Source: Octopus vulgaris (lineage: Eukaryota). From it: a stretch of 64,000 nt of DNA. A program made the position numbers and the translations under genes. The stretch is taken from positions 59,892,001-59,956,000 of the forward strand of contig OX597826.1 of assembly GCA_951406725.2 (NCBI GenBank). The letters run 5' to 3'. Shown one piece after another: positions 28,258-41,478 of this stretch (positions within the stretch are counted from its first letter, which is position 1; every line of letters begins with the position of its first letter). A model generated the notes under the pieces. The model searched no databases and was not told the origin of the DNA. It saw only the letters and a list, made by a program, of their open reading frames with translations.

Positions 28258-28648
28258 TATATAATTAAGGAAAACATAGATTCATATATCCAGCTTTATT
28301 CTGGAGATAGTCTGCAATTACCTACATATACTTCTGCTGCCTCTCAATGCACACTGCAAAATGTTGCATCTTGGTGTGCATTTTGGTGTTAGTTACTGCA
28401 TCTTCGGGGTACTATTAACTGCATTTCAGATTCTATCTGAACTGAATGCGTGTCCTATGAAAATTTTTTCTGTACGTTGTGTTAGTGTTCTAAAATTAGC
28501 CTAAATTCTGAGGTTTTCAATTCTGCTGGTCAGTAAAATATTTCCTTAGCTGTCCGAGAACGGGTCAGTGTCATATCTTTCTCAAGGTGAAGTGTAGTAT
28601 TCGTATTTTTTATCAGTATGCATCCATATATGTATACATGTATGTATG

Positions 28649-28717
<69 letters not shown>

Positions 28718-29241
28718 GTGTAATCTTACATTGTTATCGTAAAAGTGAATTGACGTTTTTTATTTATATGTGTGACTGCGTGAGCGCGTTTGTGTATATG
28801 ATCAACACTCACACATACAAGCGCACACATACATGCACACTAAGAAACACACACACACATATTAAAACAAAACTAAAGACTTGTTTATGAAATAAGTTAC
28901 ATCAGTTTCTTACAATATCACAATTTGTTAACGATATATCTTTCCAACACTTTCCTTGTTTGCACTTACATATCTACTTTATCTCTGTCTCATTCTTTTA
29001 TCTGCGTCATATGATGTCCTCAACGATGCTGACAACTACGATGACAACGACAAAGAGGATGATGATGATGATGATAATGTTGTTGTTATCGTTGTTGTTG
29101 TTGGTGGTGGTAGTGGTGATAGTGGTAGTCGTCGTCGTCGTTGTCATGTTTTTTTTTTATCAACCACTTATTGTATATGTTAAAACTTCTCTTACATATA
29201 GTATTATTTTTTTTTCCGATTTCTTATCCTAAGAATTTATG

Positions 29242-29308
<67 letters not shown>

Positions 29309-29934
29309 TTTCTTTATCATTTTCTTTCTATTTTCACACATTTTCTCTCTTGGCATTTTTCCACACCATTCAGCTCGTGTTTATTATATTCTCTGCGTAA
29401 AATTTTCTTTAATTTTTATTCCCAAATTTAATTACCAACAGAAACAATTAAGCTATCTAAATGCCGTAAACAACACCGCTACATGTCTTCTGTCGTGTTT
29501 GAGGATTTTATATTTCAATTTATTTAAACACCATCGCCACCGCCATCAACCTCGTACTAATAATCACCGTCACCATCACCATCACCATCAATCAGCGCCA
29601 TCATCAACATTGTCCTTATCATCAACATCATTGACACCATCAATTGCAAAGTTGCCATCATCATCACCCTCATCGTCACCCTCAGAATCAACACCACCAT
29701 TTTTCTTAAAGAACAGCACCAACGTTATCATCAACAATGAAATGCCAATAAGATAATCAGTGCTAATTCCAACTGCAAGAAATAGCAGCTAAATGTCCTT
29801 CACTGCACGTCTTGCTGTCGTTGATTTTTGTTTTCTTTTGCTCGAGCCCTGGGAAGCATAAAGCCGGTTACTTGATTTCCATCGGGCATAAGTGATCTAG
29901 ATCACAACATTATCCCTCAACGGGTCACAGGTCC

Positions 29935-30141
29935 TTTGCGGGTTTCAAGGGTAAGAGATTTTCTGGGAGGGGGCATGTCGAGTCCAGTACTGGACTGATA
30001 CTTTATTTTATGAGCACAGGACGTGCAAAAAAGAAAGTTGACTTCGGTTGGATTTGAACTTATAACCTAAAGCACCGGAAGAAATGCCACCAAAGCGTTT
30101 TGCCGACGTGCATGAAAATAAATTTGCCAGCTCATCGCCTC
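29935..30141 (-). mobile_element. Degenerate Nin-SINE
   Basis: AAAGTTGACTTCGGTTGGATTTGAACT...TGCCAGCTCATCGCCT on + strand. Confidence 0.65.
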
Positions 30142-30659
30142 ATTGTCGTAATATAGGGCAAAATAAAGGCCAGTGGATTTCGAGGGTATTTCATTACTGA
30201 AAAGGAGAATGAATTGTAAACAAGAGGTGTGTGTTTATTCATGTCTCTAAGATCTAGATTAACCAGGGACTAATCAACAACAACAACAACAGCAACAATA
30301 GCAATAACAACAATAAAAATTTCAATAAAAACAATCAATACATAATAATAAATAGCAAATAGGAATAAAAATTATTGTTTCACTTTTATTTATTATTTTT
30401 ATTTTTTTTTATATTCTTGTAAACAAACGCATTTTTCTTCAAGGTGTTGATTTATATGTTATTCTGCTGACACATTTATGCTAACTATCGCCAATTTGTT
30501 CGGAAAATAGGTGATATCAACAACAATATTTAAAACAACAACAACAACAACGGCAACACTAAATTCATTGTTATTCTTTCATCAAATAATACCTTCAAAA
30601 GGAATGCAACAATAATACAGTTTGAAACTAAATTTGTGTGACTACCACTAGTTTTGCTG

Positions 30660-30697
<38 letters not shown>

Positions 30698-31616
30698 GCA
30701 GCTGCTGCTGCTGCACCTCCTGCTACTATAAGAAAAAAGGAAGAAGGGGATGAAAAAGTAGTAGTGGTGGTGGTGATGGTAGTAATAGTTGTAGTAGTGG
30801 TAGCATCAGAATATATTATTATGGCTTCAAAAAGCGTGTAGTGGTAAAGCATTTAGAACAACACAACGACAAAAGCAGTGGGTATTTATATAAACGCCTG
30901 TAAAAATATATAAACAAAACAACGATTAACAAGTAAATTATACCTAAATATTCCCCATCAGTGGAAAATCCACCCAAAGGCAAAGAAGCAATATCACAGA
31001 TTTCGAATCACACTGTTTACAAACAGTTTCATTGCTAGTGCCCCTCTCTCGTCTGTAATTTTAAGCCAATGGGCGCATACTTAGAGTGGGCCAATGCATT
31101 TGATCCATTTTCGTTACATTCATTCACTTTCAAAATATTTAATGGTGCGGTGGCGTGCCCCACTTACAATTATCCTTTTTTCTTTCCAAGTGGAACTTCA
31201 AAACGTCGATGAATGTTTGGTCAGAAAGTAAAGTGTCTACCTTCACTTCTTTAAGTGTTGTCCACCAAACAACCTCTATCGACATAGCCCCCAGAGACAA
31301 GAATATCTCTGCCCTTCATGACCAAGAGCCGAATCCATCCGTCACTTGATAGTAGTGCTTCGTTAAAACTACAGAAAGATAGTATTGTTTAGGCGCTAAA
31401 CGTTCGCGTTTAGAACGGTTTCGTCGGCTCACCTGTCTCTCAAGCAGGTGCAGCTGACATCACTACTCTGCCTGTAAAAAAATTATACTAAATAGGCAAT
31501 GCCTCTCCAGCATCACTGACTGCACAGAGATTTCTTGATACTATCCCAAGTCCACAACAGGAACGAGAACGAAATCCAGCCAGTTGAATTTCAACCGTGC
31601 TCAGATTTTCCTGAGG

Positions 31617-31770
31617 ACGCCTACGTTCTGAGTTCAAGTTCCTCCGAGGCCGATTTTAACTTTCATCCATTCGAGGTCAATAAATTAAATATCACTTGAA
31701 TAATGGGGTCGATATAATCGACTATACCCCTCCCCCAAATGTCAGGCCTAGTGCTCATAATAGAAAGTAT
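31617..31770 (+). mobile_element. Nin-SINE 3' part
   Basis: ACGTTCTGAGTTCAAGTTCCTCCGAGGCCGA...CTTTCATCCATTCGAGGTCAATAAATTAA...GGGGTCGATATAATCGACT. Confidence 0.75.
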
Positions 31771-33201
31771 TATTTCTAATTTTGCCTGAGAGACAGCAAT
31801 TTTGTGGTGAGCATATTAGACGATTGGTATCCATGATAATCGTTCCCGAAGGGATGTTAAGCAAGGTTTATGTCAGTTGATTTTGAACTCAGAAGGTAAA
31901 GCGTTGCCACAATAGTCTCTACTTTAAGCAAAAACCCTGTAATTTTGAGGGATATGGATTGTTCTATACTACCAACTATATATAATACATCATTGATAAT
32001 TTACATTTATTATATAGGCAATTTTGTCTGTAAATACGAGTGCAAGAGGTGTGCCGATTCAGTCGAGCCGGTTTGGGAGTGAAAGACCAAGTTTATCTCG
32101 ACAGGATTTCAAATCAGTGGTTTTCGAATTCAGACCAGAGATGTTAAGTGACACAGTTCCTTACTACCATCGATCCCATTACTTCACTGGTACTATATTT
32201 TGTCCGACCCCTGTATATTGATAGATATATAGATAAATAGATAGATATAGATATAGGTAGAAAGAGAGATATGTTATGTAATATATATATAATATATATG
32301 TTATATATATACACCCCCCGTTGTTGTTCAGGTAATTACTTTTACTCTTTCTCGGGAGTCACACTCAAAGTGTTATTGTATATAGAGATTTACTCCTCCT
32401 ATATGTTTGTATTTTATAAGTAAACAAACATATAATAATCAAGTAGAAAAAAGATCAGTTTCTTACACGAACTTCTGTTTGTTTATTATAAAACAATTAT
32501 GTGTTATTTTATATATCAATCGCCCTAAAACTAGGGATCGTCTTATATACCCCGTATAAAATGTGATCCTTATCTTCCTGTGGTTTACAGTATCCCCAAT
32601 GTCAATGGAGAACAGTGTGAAGCAGTCGCATAGATGTTATCGTTCTACAGAACAGTATTTTCTACAGATACTTGCACATATCGAGGAGTACACTGTAAAA
32701 CACTCACCTAGACCCTATGGTTCTACAACTGAGTATTTTCTGCTGATACTTACATGTACCGCTGGGAAGATAGATTATTAGTAAGATTATGTTAAAATAA
32801 CAGCACTCCAAACGTAGCGGGCAGACACCAGTCACCATTTGCAACAGCTGACGAACATAGAAAATGTTAACAATCAACCTGTTCATGATCTACAATGCCT
32901 CGTTAGAGCACTCTCTCATTTAGCGTTCAGCCAGCCGAGGGATTTTAGGACAAGTGTAGTTTATGGTAACTGCTCTATGTTTTACGGCAGATTAGCAGCA
33001 TGTACCGGTACCTTGTGGGAATAGCTAGTTCGTGTCAGTCAGACAAATGACAACAGACCTTATAGATACCGGTTACATTTAAACATTTACAGAGAGGGTT
33101 TCTTGAAAATGCTCAACTTGTCACTGATTCATAAGTAGCAGTACTCTTACTGAGTGAACGTTAATTTCCAGCAACTGTAAAACTCCTTCATTGCTACAAG
33201 G

Positions 33202-33411
33202 GATAAACGAATGAAATATGAAGTTGGTTTTAAGCTGAAAGTGTTAGCATACGCCAAGTCTCACAACTGTACTGCTGCCACATAATACGGTGTAACCGAG
33301 AAGATCGCCAGAGTCTGAAGATTAAAGGAAGAGTTATCAAGTACACCCAGGACAAAATGTGCAATGAGAGAAGGCTCTGCACACTGGCGGATTCTAGAGA
33401 AGCATGTATAA
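33202..33411 (+). pseudogene. pogo-type transposase N-terminus (Brinker DNA-binding domain, POGK-like)
   Basis: DKRMKYEVGFKLKVLAYAKSHNCTAAT*YGVTEKIARV*RLKEEL...W..LE matches the BrkDBD pattern R.Y...FKL.V..YA....NC.AA..FGV.EK.VR.WR; two in-frame stops. Confidence 0.8.
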
Positions 33412-33549
33412 GACGTGGCCCATCAGCAGCGTCAACATAGCAAGGTTGTTTCAAGACAAATAGTCACGAAAAGCAAGACAAAATTTATAAATTAAAGAAA
33501 ATACTAGCGGTGTAATTTATAACATTTCTAATATATTACATTATATTAT

Positions 33550-33718
33550 GTGCAATCGTAGCTGTTCGGTAAAAAGTTTGCTTCTCAAATACATGGTTCC
33601 GGGTTCAGTCCCACTGCGTGGCACCTTGCACGAGTATTTTCTACGATATCCTTGGGCCGACCAAAGCCTTGTGAGTGGATTTGGTAGACGGAAGCTGAAA
33701 GAAGCCCGTCATATATAT
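33550..33718 (+). mobile_element. CORE-SINE 5' half, split by PLE insertion
   Basis: CATGGTTCCGGGTTCAGTCCCACTGCGTGGCACCTTG...GAAAGAAGCCCGTC then (AT)n. Confidence 0.9.
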
Positions 33719-33764
33719 ATATATATATTTGTAAAAAAGAAGTTTGAAAAGGCCACTATATTAG

Positions 33765-33824
33765 ATAAATTTTAATTTTACATGTTTCGGTTCTTGAAAT
33801 AACGAACCTTATCAAAAAAATTTA
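33765..33824 (-). ncRNA. Minimal type I hammerhead ribozyme, U3-A8 core variant
   Basis: Minus strand TAAATTTTT-TTGATAA-GGTTC(GTTATTTCAA)GAACC-GAAA-CAT-GTA/AAATTAAAATTTA; palindromic ACATGT at stem III; located in PLE 3' UTR; stem I weak. Confidence 0.55.
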
Positions 33825-34193
33825 TAATAAACAGTATAATGGAACAGTTCATAATTGTTACATACATTCAATAGAATCCATGCTATATACATTCAATAGA
33901 ATCCATGTTCTTAAAAAGGCGAACCTTATCAAATATATTATGAAGAGTATAATAGTAAAAAATCCATAGTCGTTCCTTACTCTTTTGTCGAGTGTAGTGG
34001 AGAAGTTAATTATAGATTTTACCTTGTGTTCCAATGGAAGCAACAGTAGTGATTCTTGGTCGTCGTCTGTTGTTCGTAATTTTGGTAATCTTGGTGGTGG
34101 TTGTTGGGGTTATATCAGTTACTCTGGCACTGTTCACTGACGTCATATAATTCCAAACCAATCAAAACCCAGCTTCAACGAATATAAGGAAAA

Positions 34194-34498
34194 GACCCAT
34201 AACTGTATCCTGTTAGGAAACCAACCAAGCAGAACGACAAGCTTGACCACAGAAGAAAAACGTCATCAATTTTTTAACGAATCAAAATCAGATCTGACCC
34301 ATAACTGTATCCTGTAAGGTGGCTAACCAAGCAGAACGACTAGCTTGACCACGGAAGAAAAACGTCATCAATTTTTTAACGAATCAAAATCAGATCTGAC
34401 CCATAACTGTATCTTGTAAGGAAACCAACCAAGTAGGGCGACAAGCTTGACCACGGAGGTAAAACGTCATCAATTTTTGACGAATCAAAATCAGATCT
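34194..34498. repeat. Tandem ~101 bp repeat x3 in the PLE 3' UTR
   Basis: GACCCATAACTGTATC...AAAACGTCATCAATTTTT..ACGAATCAAAATCAGATCT repeated three times. Confidence 0.92.
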
Positions 34499-35353
34499 GC
34501 TTGCAGAGAAAAAATCTTTTTATAAATTCTTCCTTCCCTAGGACATACCACTGCCAGCGGGGGTGACTGTTTAAGGATCTGAGAAATTGTAATTCCCCCC
34601 ACCTCCACTATTTTAATTCTCTCACTGTGGCCGTAGCAGCAGTGGTAGCAGTAGGGGGCTGTTGATCGTAGCAGTAATGGTAGTGACCACGGTGGTTGTA
34701 GTAGTAGTGCTAGTGGGAGCAGTCGTAGTGGTTGTGGTAGAATTTATTTTTATCTTTTTCGGAAGACCAATGTTTTGTTTTAAAATTCCTGGCCCAGGGT
34801 GTTCAAACTTGGTCTAAATTTTTTGATGAAATAAAGTTCTTTATTTTAGCGTTGAGTGAAGGTTACGCTGTCACTGAATTTGTAAAGTGGGTAAGTTGTA
34901 AATTTCGGATTTTCATTTGTAGCACATCTATCTATGTGTCCGCTGACCGGTATTTTCCGGTATTCAGTGTTTCTAATTTGTGATTTATGCACCGCCATCC
35001 TTTTACGTAAGCTATTTTTTGTATGGCCTATATATTGCCAATTGCAGCCTGCGCATGTTAAGACGTAAATTAATTTTTCTGATGCACAGGTGAAGTTTGT
35101 TCTAATGGTGAACTGATGGCCTTGTTCTAGTATAAATTCTGAACCTTCTACCAAGATGACACAGATTCCGCTGTTCGGCGTTCCACATTTTCTAACTGCT
35201 GGTTTTGTGGTTGATGTTGAGTGCAGTTTAGCTTGGGTTGCCGTTTACTTTTAATGATGGTGTGTGTTTCGAGGATCCGGTTCATCTTTGGGTCTCCCTT
35301 TAGTAGGGCTGTGCCTTGTAGTATGGTGCTGAAGGCCTCATTGTTAAGTGGGT

Positions 35354-35499
<146 letters not shown>

Positions 35500-35511
35500 C
35501 ATACATATATA

Positions 35512-35708
35512 TGGTGTGTGTCTGTCTGTGTTTGTATCCTCTACCATCGCTTGACAACAGGTGTTGGTACGTTTGCGTCCCCGTAACATTGGCCGATAGA
35601 ATAAATACTAGGCTTACAAACAATGAGTCCTAGGACCAACTTGTTCGACTAAAAACGTTGCTCTAGCATGGCCGCAGTCAAATGATTGAAAAACACTAAA
35701 AGTAAAGT
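35512..35708 (+). mobile_element. CORE-SINE 3' half
   Basis: CATCGCTTGACAAC...CGATAGAATAAATACTAGGCTTACAAA...AGCATGGCCGCAGTCAAATGA. Confidence 0.88.
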
Positions 35709-36156
35709 ACTAATACCATAAGTACATCTGTAAATCCTTTACAAGTAAATGATGCAATAATGGATTATTTACATCATGTTAGATCCTGTAAAATAGTGAC
35801 GTCACTATGGCACAGCAGCCAGGTACGTTTGATTTATATTATAGTAAATAATTTACAAAATTTTGCTACTGGACAAATTTTAAACACCCCAAGACTGCAG
35901 AATTGTTGCATATAAGTTTACTGATTGAAGCATAGTTAAAAAACAAGAGAAGCAGTAGCTCCTGGGGTCGCTGGGGAAGATGCAAATCACCCAACACCTT
36001 TTGCCATGAACATCGCGCGTTCGGCGCTTGAGCTATTTCCCACAAAATCTTGGGGTAGTCTTATACTGCAAGTATAAATCGAAACCTCTTTTTAAATGAA
36101 AATCCTGGGGGATTGTCTTGCATACCCAGTCACATTATATGCCGTCATGTACGGTA

Positions 36157-36221
<65 letters not shown>

Positions 36222-36222
<1 letters not shown>

Positions 36223-36562
36223 GAACAAAATACACCCCGCCCAATGGAAGGTGCTGCGTTATCAAACATTTAAACCAAATTTTCTCAAAACAACTTGTCC
36301 GACCGTCCCATAGGCCACCCCTTTGAGAAACACTGATTTAACCTAAATTTGAGACAACAGCAAAAGAAGAAATAGCGATAGACGTTTTTTTTCTATTCCA
36401 AAGAATGCTTTATCTATCGCATTCTCATCTAGAATCGATCTTTGTAATGTTTTCAAGACTTATACACGCTCTGATACCGTCGGTATCTACATATCAAATT
36501 TGATCCCAATCGGATGGCGGATGCCCGAGATCCTAGAAGACACACACACAGAGACAGAACGG

Positions 36563-36570
<8 letters not shown>
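36222..36570 (-). mobile_element. Putative non-autonomous Helitron 5' portion
   Basis: Minus strand (TA)n-AAATCCGTTCTGTCTCTGTGTG...CATCCGATTGGGATCAAATTTGATATGTAGATA resembles invertebrate non-autonomous Helitron 5' ends; sits between (TA)n tracts. Confidence 0.4.
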
Positions 36571-36603
<33 letters not shown>

Positions 36604-38189
36604 AATTTGTATATATGCGTGTGTGTGTGTGTGTGTGTAATGCGCCCCGCTTTCAGACATGACTCTTAATAAAATGCGATATTTTTATAGTTCTTCACAT
36701 TTCTGAACAGAATTTCTTCTTTTGTTTTCTTTGCCTAATATTCCTGCTTTTATCTAAAATGTAGAAAATGGATTCTTCCATTCTTTTTAAATAGCTTCAT
36801 TTAGTCTAAATATTGTTCTTCTTTTTAAATATGTTTATTAATTTCTCTTTTTCTTTTTCTGCTTGGATATTGTTTTATATTTTCGTTTAACACGCATTTT
36901 CGCTGGCATTTAAAAAAAAATTTTCTTTTTGTCCGTTTCAACAGGAAAAAAAAATCCTTCTTTCTTTTATTTCTACTTTAATGTCATTTTTGTTTTAAAA
37001 TATCTTTTGTTTCGAAAGAATATATTGGAAAAAAATTATAAACAATAACAAAATATACAAACAAAACCTACATTCAATTCATATCATTCTTTGATTTTCT
37101 AACAAAAAGAAACCAAACCAACTTCTTCCCACCGAAAAAATAACAAAATCGAAAACAGCTGAAATTAATGGAAATTAGTGACGGCTTGCAACGACAAACT
37201 CAAACCAAAACATTTAATAAAATTCGGTTAATAAGACTAATGAAGCTATCAAGATTATATGATATTTCGGGATACAGTACGGGACTTAAAAATAACGAAT
37301 GGATGTGCATAAAACAGTGCGATACAAGGAAGGGTAGCAATGTTAATATTTTGAGCAAGGTCGTTCTTAGTGGGAAAAAATGCGGTTTAATATGCGAAAA
37401 TCTCAAACTATTTCTGTCACATAAACCACGTAAAAAGCCTAATATTTGGGGAATTTAATGTTTTCAACAATAAACACATTCAAAACCTCTTGCTGTCAAT
37501 GGAATCAGGAATTTGCTGAACAGTCGTATCTACGTGAAACATCTGACAATTTTCTTATGAATAATAGTTTCTGACTAAGGCACAAAGCCAATAATTTTTA
37601 GGGATGTGGATTATTCAATAAAGCTGACTATAGTACTTTATTGGCAATTTACTTTTATTATAGAGGCAAAAGACCTGTAAGTTTGACTGCAGGAGATTTG
37701 CCAATGCAAATCAAGGTGGCTTGAAAGACAATGTTTATTTCTCCGTGATTTCAAGTCATGGTTTCAAAATTTAGGCACAACGTCAGAAATTTTAAGTAAC
37801 GTAGTTGCGAAATATCATCGATCTCATTACATACTGGCAATATATTTTTGCATATTAAAGCTTATTTCTCCCAAGAAGATAAGGTACGTTAGAATATGTA
37901 CTCTTTTCTTCGGTAAAGATGCGGGAGGAAGCAGGTGGCTATGTATGAAACGCCCTTCACCATAGGTCTTCTTGGTCGATTAGGTCAGAGTTGATGCTAA
38001 AGAGCAACAGAAGACGCACATACCAAATGAGTTTGTATATTTCCCTAGAGTCAGAGTGGTTGTGACATTGAAGCAAGGTGACCATAGAACAACTCACACA
38101 TAAAGCAGCTTAGAACATATTAGAAGAGCTTGCATCCGAGGAGACTACAGTTTTTTGAGATATCAACGAGTCAATGCCGTTACTTTGGA

Positions 38190-38531
38190 TGTTTATTCGA
38201 AATGTGTAAACCTAGCCCTACCTGTCCTTGTTGACAATGTACATGAGGTTACGTTATTAGAGTTGCGCCATAGAGGGAGGCTCGTGTGTCTTCTTATATC
38301 ATCATTGATCTTCCTCAGTATGTACTTACTCACCTAACGAATCTCGGGCGTGGCCGGGTTGATCAAGCGGCATTTGGGGCTAGAGATAAAATTCGACTTT
38401 GATCACAGAAAAATGCCTTCCATCTCAAGCCTTATAAAGCCTATCATTTTCTCCAATAGCATATTCATATAGACGTCATTAGAACGTATAGGGATATTTA
38501 TAGTAGTATATTTTAAATCGAAACGTTCCAT
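38190..38531 (-). pseudogene. PLE ORF N-terminus fused by internal deletion to early RT motifs
   Basis: MERFDLKYTTINIPIRSNDVYMNMLLEKMIGFIR (frameshift) LRWKAFF, then KSNFISSPKCRLINPATPEIR*VSKYILRKIN...LPLWRNS; matches PLE motifs YS.KNIP...R.RWKA.F and P.CRLINP.K.EIG..SK.IL. Confidence 0.8.
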
Positions 38532-38814
38532 GTTATCCTTGATGTTGCAATTGATAATATGTAGAAGCGGAGGGATCGGTACAGTAGTCAAACGTAGATG
38601 ATGAAGTGGATTTCGTAAGACACTATGTAGCCGGGTCGCAGATAGACAGTTAATAAAGAAACATATATCAGAAAGAAGCACTCTTTTATATATATAATCT
38701 GTGTAAGAAATTATAGTGTGCTTTCCAATGGGATACATGTGGAAATCCGTAAATAATTGAGAAGTATAAAGAAACAGAATTTAATGAGAGAAATTGGATT
38801 GAAGAGGCTTTTAT

Positions 38815-38932
38815 TATAAATCATTAAAAATAAGCCCTTGCGTCGATTTTTGCGACTAAAAAGTAAATCTTCTAGACGATGCTCCAACATGACCGCAGTC
38901 AAATAACTGAAACATGTGAAAGAATGAAAGAA
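38815..38932 (+). mobile_element. CORE-SINE tail fragment
   Basis: GCTCCAACATGACCGCAGTCAAATAACTGAAACATGTGAAAGAAT. Confidence 0.7.
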
Positions 38933-40609
38933 TAGGGGAAATATAAAAAACGATTAAAGAAACAGCACATCCATTAGACCTTTAACCCCAGACATGTCTG
39001 GAATTTTAGTAACAAGAAGAACACTCCAAGATAAGAATATCATAAAAGAATAACCTTTAACAATTACCCGTCTCTTGCGTCTGTTAATGTTCCACTTCAA
39101 AGAACACCAGTAACATATGCTCTCTTTCTTGCTGCAACTGGATACAAAAACTTCTACCTTACAGATTAATTTCATACACATAGTATCACCACCACAGTCT
39201 ATATCCTGTCGCTTTTCAAGTCACTAAGACAGGCTATTAAACTAACCTAACAAATTTACTTGCACATACGTATAATATATATAGACATATTTATTTAAAG
39301 CATTAATGTACGTAGACGTGAATGTGCATTCATATATTTATTCAAATATAGACTCACAATTTTCATTCTCATCAGTATGTACACATTCGTTCTATTCTAC
39401 TTATGAAGCCTAAAATCGCGTTCGTATATTAATATTTTGTTCCTATTTATATCCATTTATTTGGAATTATAAGTTAATACTTTAAAAAAGGAATTCAATT
39501 CTATAAGGTAAACTTATAAGGTTTGTTCTTAAAGATATACCTAATTCTGTATACCGTGATATATCTATTCATGTATAATAATACAACCGTAGAAATATGT
39601 TCAATATTCATTCTATAATTACACCTCGTAAGGTATATGCATTTACACGTAATGACAAAACCATCTAACCTATAGCTGATTGAATTTTAACCAAACGATT
39701 TCACATACATGCGAGCTATTACGGGTATGTATTCCGCATGACTGACCAAGTCATGTATTGCATCATTTTCTGTTTGAGTCTCAAGATTAGTATGATATGC
39801 AATGTCTTTTGTGGATATTTCTAAATGATGCCGACTGACGTATCCATTGATTCTTGAAAAGGTCGCACCAACATATATGCATATACATGTGCAGTTGTTC
39901 TCACAGTACATTTGTATACAATGTTTCTACGCAAACATTTGTTGGCCAAACGACATACTTTCTTATCTCTACCGTTACATTTTTCACTGTACAATTTCCA
40001 TCTAGGTTACAATTGTGGTATTCTTTTTATGTTTTTCATCTTGTTGGCACTCTTGTTGTTACTATTATGGTTATATCCGTTATTATCTTACCCACAATTT
40101 CATTATTAATAATGCTTACATCATTCACGTCGTTATTACATTATCTATATTGACGTTAGTATTATTACTTGTGTTAGAACTATTTGGATTACCATGATTA
40201 TGGCATTCCACTCTTATACATTTTCCATATTTGCGGGATTCACGCTATTTTGGGCATTATTTTTTCAACTTCCTTTTCAGTTCCCATGATAAAATTTAGT
40301 TTTTTTCCCATTTGTATCTCCTTGTATTTTCCTTTAGCATTTTGCCAAAGATACACTCAAAATGGAATTTCTGTTTGAGTTTCAAATGTAAAAAACTGAA
40401 GCTGATATAGCAGTGTGTTGACTCTGAACACCCGTAGGATGGATATATACACAGCCACTGTTGAATAAAATATTGTGTATCAAATGTGTAACACTCAGCA
40501 ATTAACAGCTGATAACGATACGGTGAAAGAATTTTAGTAATATGTAATGAAGCTTGTTCTACAATCTTCACGTATAAAAATTACAATATGTGTATGTGTG
40601 TGTATTAAC

Positions 40610-40817
40610 GTTAGATAATAGGATTGCTTTAGGTTTCACGTCCTTAACGGACTTAGTTTTACGGCAAATCATCATATTCCAAACTCTGTTGGCTTAAGGC
40701 CTCACTAGATAGAGAGGGCTTAAGCCAAAAGGTTTTTGAAACTTAAGATACGCCATAAAGCTAAGCCCTTTAAGGACGTGAAACCTAAGGTAATCTCATA
40801 GAGCAGCCTTATCTAAC
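40610..40817. repeat. ~208 bp fold-back (MITE-like) palindrome
   Basis: GTTAGATAA/TTATCTAAC ends; TTAGGTTTCACGTCCTTAA/TTAAGGACGTGAAACCTAA arms; inner TTGGCTTAAG.CCTC/GAGGGCTTAAGCCAA stem with 10-nt loop. Confidence 0.85.
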
Positions 40818-40835
40818 TTTTCTATACTGGTCAAA

Positions 40836-41157
40836 GGCGGCGAGCTGGCAGAAACGTTAGCACGCCGGGCGAAATGCTTAGCGGTATTTCGTCTGCGTTA
40901 CGTTGTGAGTTCAAATTCCGCCGAGGTCGACTTTGCCTTTCATCCTTTCGGGGTCGATAAATTAAGTACCAGTTACGCACTGGGGTCGATGTAATCGACT
41001 TAATACCTATGTCTGTCCTTGTTTGTCCCCTCTGTGTTTAGCCCCTTGCGGGTAATAAAGAAATAGGTATTTCGTCAGTCTTCTCGCTCTGAGTTTAAAC
41101 TCCGCCGATGTCGACTTTGCCTTTCATCTCTTCGTGGTCGATAAATTAAGTACCAAT
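40836..41157 (+). mobile_element. Dimeric Nin-SINE
   Basis: GGCGGCGAGCTGGCAGAAACGTTAGCACGCCGGGCGAAATGCTTAGC...GCCGAGGTCGACTTTGCCTTTCATCCTTTCGGGGTCGATAAATTAAGTACCAG, domain repeated after linker. Confidence 0.92.
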
Positions 41158-41224
41158 TGTATATATTGCATATATATATACATATATATATATGTAAGTA
41201 CATATACATATATATATATGTATG

Positions 41225-41440
41225 TGTGTTTATGTTTGTGTGTGTGTTTGTCACCTAACATCGCTTGACCACCTATGGTGGTGCGTTTACATCCTCGTAA
41301 ATTAGCGGTTTGGCAATAGAGGCCGATGGAATAAGTACTGGGCTTACAAAGAATAAGTCATGTGGTCTATTTGCCCGACTAAAGGCGGTGCTCCAGCATG
41401 GCCGCAGTCAAATGACTAAAACAAGTAAAAGAATATAAGA

Positions 41441-41442
<2 letters not shown>
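41225..41442 (+). mobile_element. CORE-SINE tail half
   Basis: GACTAAAGGCGGTGCTCCAGCATGGCCGCAGTCAAATGACTAAAACAAGTAAAAGA. Confidence 0.88.

Positions 41443-41470
<28 letters not shown>

Positions 41471-41478
<8 letters not shown>

Noticed and set aside
40625-40660. GTCC-GTTAA-GGAC-GTGAAAC resembling hammerhead stem II
   Set aside because: No CUGANGA box and extra bases before GAAA; explained as a fold-back arm
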